This document shows positions 60,166 through 64,000 of a stretch of 64,000 nt of DNA, piece after piece. Source of the stretch: Iphione sp. A-MEVVRFRX5 (taxonomy: Eukaryota); contig OZ320323.1 in assembly GCA_976226885.1 (NCBI GenBank), positions 5,208,001 through 5,272,000 on the forward strand. The letters run 5' to 3'. The notes below the pieces were generated by a model. The model did no database searches, was not told where the DNA came from, and saw only the letters and a list, made by a program, of their open reading frames with translations. Both the position numbers and the translations under genes were made by a program. Each line of letters starts with the position of its first letter. The first letter of the stretch is position 1.

Positions 60166-62066
60166 AGGGACATTCTGTTCCCTGCGCCTCTGTGTTGCTC
60201 CTGCACTCCCCGCAACAGCGTGTCCTGGTCCACCGGGATTCTCCTCTCTGCTCGGCGAGGGAGCGTCCTGGCCGCGTTGAACCGGGGCTGGGTCTTCCAG
60301 AACGGTATGACCAGCAGCCCTCGCGGCCTCTCCCGGCGGATCTTCTGCAGCACCCTGGGTATAATGACAAAGGGAGGGAAAATGAGTGCGTTAAGTCCTG
60401 ACCAGTCAAGGGTAAAGGCATCGGTTGCAATGGCATTTTGATTATAGGTCCAGGAGACATATCTATCACATTTATGGTTGAGGCTAGATGCAAACAGGTC
60501 AATGTTAATGTTCAGGCGCCCCCCCCCTTCTTGTTCGAGGAGGGTGGCGAACACGTCTGGGTTCAAAGCCCACTCCCCGCAGTCTTTGAATTGACGACTT
60601 GCTTCATCTGCCTCAATGTTGTCAACCCCTGGGCAAAAGGCCATAGTGAGCGTGATGTCACGCTTCTCGCAAAACACCAGGATCTCCCTGGCTAGGTCAT
60701 TGCATGGCGGAGACCTGGCCGACCCTTTGTTCTGTATTGTAAGCAGGGTCGTCGGGTTGTCCGTGTGCACTCGCATGTGCTTCCCTGAGCACAAGTGCTC
60801 CTCGCGTTTGAGTGCTGCTTTCACAGCCCATAACTCCAACTCCTTTATGTGCCTGCGTGCCATCTTTGTGGTCCAGGCCTCTCCGTACGACCGGTCCGTC
60901 GTCTCCACATATACACCCCACCCCGTCTTGGAGGCGTCGGTGTATATCTCCACCTGCACTGGTGGGTCCTTTATTTGTCTGGTGTCCCTGCCTACATGGC
61001 GCAGCCACCATTGTAGATCTCGTCTGGACCGTTCGGACAGGGAGGCTGGCCCGTCGAAGTCGCCTCCGGCTTCCACCAGCGCTCTGTTCTTGTCCAATAC
61101 AATGTTCATTGTATACAAGTGGGCTAGCGGTATGGCGTTCGCCGTTGCTTGGAGTTTGCCGGCCAAGGCAGCTAGCTGCCGGACCAAGGGGGAGTCCTTG
61201 GAAAGGAAGTCCCTGCAAACGTTCTTTAGCTCCTCCACCTTGGCTCCCGGTAGCCGGACCATGAGTGATTCGGAATCAATCACGAATCCCAGATGTTCGA
61301 TCCGTTTCACAGGGCGCAGCACGGATTTGTCAGGATGGATCAAGAAACCCAAATCCTGGAGGGTCTCCACCAGTATGCGCGTGCCCTGGGCAACTACTGC
61401 CGCATCACTGTGGCAGATGATGATGTCGTCCAGGTAGGCCGACACTATTGCATCTGTGTGCTGCCGCACGTCCCCCAACACTGCCCGCATCATCTGGGTG
61501 AAGATCCGCGGTGCGGATGCCAGTCCGTTCGGGAGGCACGTGAAACGATACCTACGTTCCCCCAGTATGAACTGGAGGAAATCTCTGTCTCGGTCCCTCA
61601 CTGGAACCGAGAAGTAGGCGTGCATGATGTCTACCGAGGTGAAGTAGAAATCTCTCCCCACCAGAGGTAAGAAGGACGAAAGGTTCTCCATCTTGAAGTG
61701 CTGGTGGGGGACCCACTGGTTGAACTTTTTCAAGTTCAGTATAATCCGGTGTGATCCGTCTTTCTTGGGCCTCAGGAAAATCGTCGACACGAACTCCCGT
61801 GCCGACGGTGAGGCCTCCTCCACTACCCCTTCCTCCAGCAGGCCGTCTACCAGCCTGCGGAAAATCTCAAAGTCCTTGTGAGACTCTGGAATGAAAGGGG
61901 TGCGGTCCTGAGACGGCTGTCCCGTGAGGTCCAGGGTTACTCCCCTGGCCAGGCCCCTGATATAAGTCCTAGTGGTCAGGGCGTCCCATCTGTCGGCCCT
62001 GTCTGCCAGCCTGCCTGCCTTGAATGGCCCTGGAGTAATTGCAATGTCCAGGGGGGGGCACCGTAC
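60147..62066 (-). CDS. DIRS pol: reverse transcriptase, RNase H, Dam-like methyltransferase domain
   Basis: GRL..W N-terminal motif, LPNGLASAPRIFT, YLDD, YTDASKTGWG, HTDN, DNIEADEASR, DLFAS and FPPF; frame open from 62066 but no ATG before the RT core. Confidence 0.92.
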   Translation of the reverse strand, partial: VRCPPLDIAITPGPFKAGRLADRADRWDALTTRTYIRGLARGVTLDLTGQPSQDRTPFIPESHKDFEIFRRLVDGLLEEGVVEEASPSAREFVSTIFLRPKKDGSHRIILNLKKFNQWVPHQHFKMENLSSFLPLVGRDFYFTSVDIMHAYFSVPVRDRDRDFLQFILGERRYRFTCLPNGLASAPRIFTQMMRAVLGDVRQHTDAIVSAYLDDIIICHSDAAVVAQGTRILVETLQDLGFLIHPDKSVLRPVKRIEHLGFVIDSESLMVRLPGAKVEELKNVCRDFLSKDSPLVRQLAALAGKLQATANAIPLAHLYTMNIVLDKNRALVEAGGDFDGPASLSERSRRDLQWWLRHVGRDTRQIKDPPVQVEIYTDASKTGWGVYVETTDRSYGEAWTTKMARRHIKELELWAVKAALKREEHLCSGKHMRVHTDNPTTLLTIQNKGSARSPPCNDLAREILVFCEKRDITLTMAFCPGVDNIEADEASRQFKDCGEWALNPDVFATLLEQEGGGRLNINIDLFASSLNHKCDRYVSWTYNQNAIATDAFTLDWSGLNALIFPPFVIIPRVLQKIRRERPRGLLVIPFWKTQPRFNAARTLPRRAERRIPVDQDTLLRGVQEQHRGAGNRMSLWILTL

Positions 62067-62120
62067 TCAATTCAATAGCATGCACAAGAGGAGATGGAGA
62101 AGATGAGGGAGCACCCACCT

Positions 62121-63848
62121 CTACTTCCTCCTCTGCTTCTGGTGGCACTGGCTGTTCTTGTTGTTGTGGTTGTTGGCAGGCCTCTTGGCCTGCCGGCGCT
62201 GCCCGTTTTTTGGCCGCGGTTTGTTGTCCCTGCTGCTGTTGCTGCTGTGGCTGCTCCGGCTGTTCTGACTGCTGCTGTACCCCGGCCTGTTGGACTGCTG
62301 CTGCTGCCCTGACTGCCTAGGGGGTGCCGACGCTTGTCTCGGTGGCCGTCGGACCGTGAGGGTCTGCTCCAGCTTCTTTGCCTCGGAGCACTCCCTCACC
62401 CGGTCAGGGATATTCTCCCCTAGGAGAAGCTCCCAATCGTCTTGCGGCCCCGTCTGGCAGAGTCGTCTGTACGCTGGCGGCAGCCTGAAGCGGATTATGT
62501 CGCGCCTCTGGTGGTTGGAGAGGAACGATCCCCTCCCCATCAAGCGCAGTGACGTCGTCACCCTCATCACGACCTCCTTCGGGTCCAAGGGCGTATCGGC
62601 GTCGTAGGCGCTGGCTATCTCGATCAACGGCAGGGCGGCGAACTGGTTCAGGTGCATAATTTCGGCCGCCTGCCGGTCCCGGCTCACGTCCCCTTCCTTG
62701 AGCACCAGCTCCGGATTCAACTTGGTCTGCTTTAGAACCGTCAGGTTCTCCGGCCGCTCCAGGGTATCTGTAAGTTCCTTGGCTTTTGACCGCGTCAGGG
62801 GGTAGTTCCAGTAGGTCGACACGAGTCGCTCTACTGCTGGTGACGCCGCCTTCGTGGTGCGGTCCTCTGACGCCGGTCTCTCCGCCTGGAACTCATCTAG
62901 CCCTCCCTGGGTCACCAGGGGGGCAGGGGCCGGGGTCGCCGGGTCTGGTCGAACGACGTCCGGCATCGAAGGGGCCGCGTCGTCGATGTCCATCGGGACG
63001 TCCTTCGGGTCGTCCAAGGGAGTGTCCGGGATGAGTGAGGCCCCATCCGTCAGGGCCCACTCGTCCCCCATATCCACCTCGCTGGAGGATTCCGGGGAGG
63101 ACACATAGTGCCTCCTCCGCTTGTGGCGTCTGTCTGGCGGAGTCTCGCTCTGTCCATGGAGCCCCATGCGGTCGGCGCAGGTCTCGGCCATGCACCTCAT
63201 GGTCATGAGCATCTGGTCCTTGGAGAAGAGACTTCCCCAACTTCCGGAACTTGACCGACGAGAGTGTCCCCTCAAGTCGTGTCTGCCTCTCGAGTCGGAT
63301 CTCGATCTCGATGAGTCCGAAGAGGACCCCGATCGAGAACGAACCCGTCTCTTCCGCTTCTTCGCCGGCCTGCCCCGGGGCTCCGGGATGGCCTTGGAGG
63401 CCACCTCCATCTTGGATCCCCCAGCTTTGGGGGTCTCCACTCCCTTGGAGTTCCCTCCATGGTTGGAGGCTCCTCCTGGCTTGGAAGTGCCCCCCGGCTT
63501 GGGGGTGCTTCCGCTCTTGCCTCCAGGTCTCGGCCCTCCTCCCGATTTGGAGGTTCCCGGCTTGGGGTCCTTGGAGGCCGAATTCTTGGAGGTCAGATTC
63601 CTAGATGAGTGCTGTTTGGGTGCAGCTGGAGTCCTGGGGGTTCCCGAACCGGAACCTCCCAAGACCAGAACCGGTCCGGCTGCCGACCCCTTCCCCAGAT
63701 CCAGGGCTGGATCGGGTTGGGTGTCATCAAGATCCACCCTAGGGGGTGGAACTTGCCCACACTGGAGAGAGGGGAAAGTTATCTCAGAGTCCATATCCGA
63801 CCCTGAGCTGAACTTTACCACCTCAATCTCAGCTGCTTGGTCGGTCAT
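62121..63848 (-). CDS. DIRS ORF1 gag-like protein, 575 aa
   Basis: Uninterrupted ATG-initiated ORF, low-complexity N-terminus, position upstream of pol. Confidence 0.8.
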   Translation of the reverse strand: MTDQAAEIEVVKFSSGSDMDSEITFPSLQCGQVPPPRVDLDDTQPDPALDLGKGSAAGPVLVLGGSGSGTPRTPAAPKQHSSRNLTSKNSASKDPKPGTSKSGGGPRPGGKSGSTPKPGGTSKPGGASNHGGNSKGVETPKAGGSKMEVASKAIPEPRGRPAKKRKRRVRSRSGSSSDSSRSRSDSRGRHDLRGHSRRSSSGSWGSLFSKDQMLMTMRCMAETCADRMGLHGQSETPPDRRHKRRRHYVSSPESSSEVDMGDEWALTDGASLIPDTPLDDPKDVPMDIDDAAPSMPDVVRPDPATPAPAPLVTQGGLDEFQAERPASEDRTTKAASPAVERLVSTYWNYPLTRSKAKELTDTLERPENLTVLKQTKLNPELVLKEGDVSRDRQAAEIMHLNQFAALPLIEIASAYDADTPLDPKEVVMRVTTSLRLMGRGSFLSNHQRRDIIRFRLPPAYRRLCQTGPQDDWELLLGENIPDRVRECSEAKKLEQTLTVRRPPRQASAPPRQSGQQQQSNRPGYSSSQNSRSSHSSNSSRDNKPRPKNGQRRQAKRPANNHNNKNSQCHQKQRRK

Positions 63849-64000
63849 CTTTCCTCGTTGAGTGGTTGACTGAGAGTAGCTCTTGGTCTTCCTAGCTGGT
63901 CAGCAGGTGATCAGCAGATGCCAGAACCCTGTCCAGGGGGCTCCTTATGAACCCCTCCAGGGTGCTTACACCCAGGTCTGGACTTGCTTACACCCAGGTC

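Larger units (their letters stand above)
59558..64000 (-). mobile_element. DIRS1-like tyrosine-recombinase retrotransposon, 3'-truncated; 5' end may extend beyond the window
   Basis: gag-like ORF, then RT-RNaseH-methyltransferase, then YR; GC/CpG-rich compared with host introns. Confidence 0.93.

Noticed and set aside
60438-63861. Antisense ORFs over the DIRS element (e.g. 60616..61437, 63121..63861)
   Set aside because: Stop-poor shadows of GC-rich gag/pol; no recognisable motifs.
1-64000. tRNA, rRNA or snoRNA genes
   Set aside because: No cloverleaf, rRNA motif or convincing C/D or H/ACA structure recognised by eye; an Infernal/tRNAscan-SE run would be needed to exclude them.

Overview
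Eukaryotic (metazoan, probably invertebrate) genomic scaffold with six N gaps (about 4507-4642, 13301-13514, 49829-49999, 51944-52113, 55829-56079, 59238-59472). Most of the window is one minus-strand gene, a bridge-like lipid transfer protein of the BLTP3 family (UHRF1BP1/UHRF1BP1L, SHIP164). I traced it by hand as 20 GT-AG coding exons with consistent phases, from ATG 58364 to TGA 11530 (5145 nt, 1714 aa). Upstream of it lies a young but damaged DIRS1-like tyrosine-recombinase retrotransposon (gag, RT/RNaseH/methyltransferase, frameshifted and 3'-truncated YR; 59558-64000, minus strand). Introns are packed with minisatellites and small non-autonomous DNA elements. The most striking pattern: at least eight BLTP3 exon edges are tandemly duplicated into the adjacent intron, giving ladders of copied splice donors or acceptors. 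One ladder (42 bp x9) is fully in frame and could lengthen the protein by up to 112 aa. There are also signs of a cluster of frame-preserving cassette/micro-exons and of an X-box-associated internal promoter that would make a 424-aa C-terminal isoform. Family assignments rest on recalled family motifs, not on a database search; repeat boundaries are approximate.
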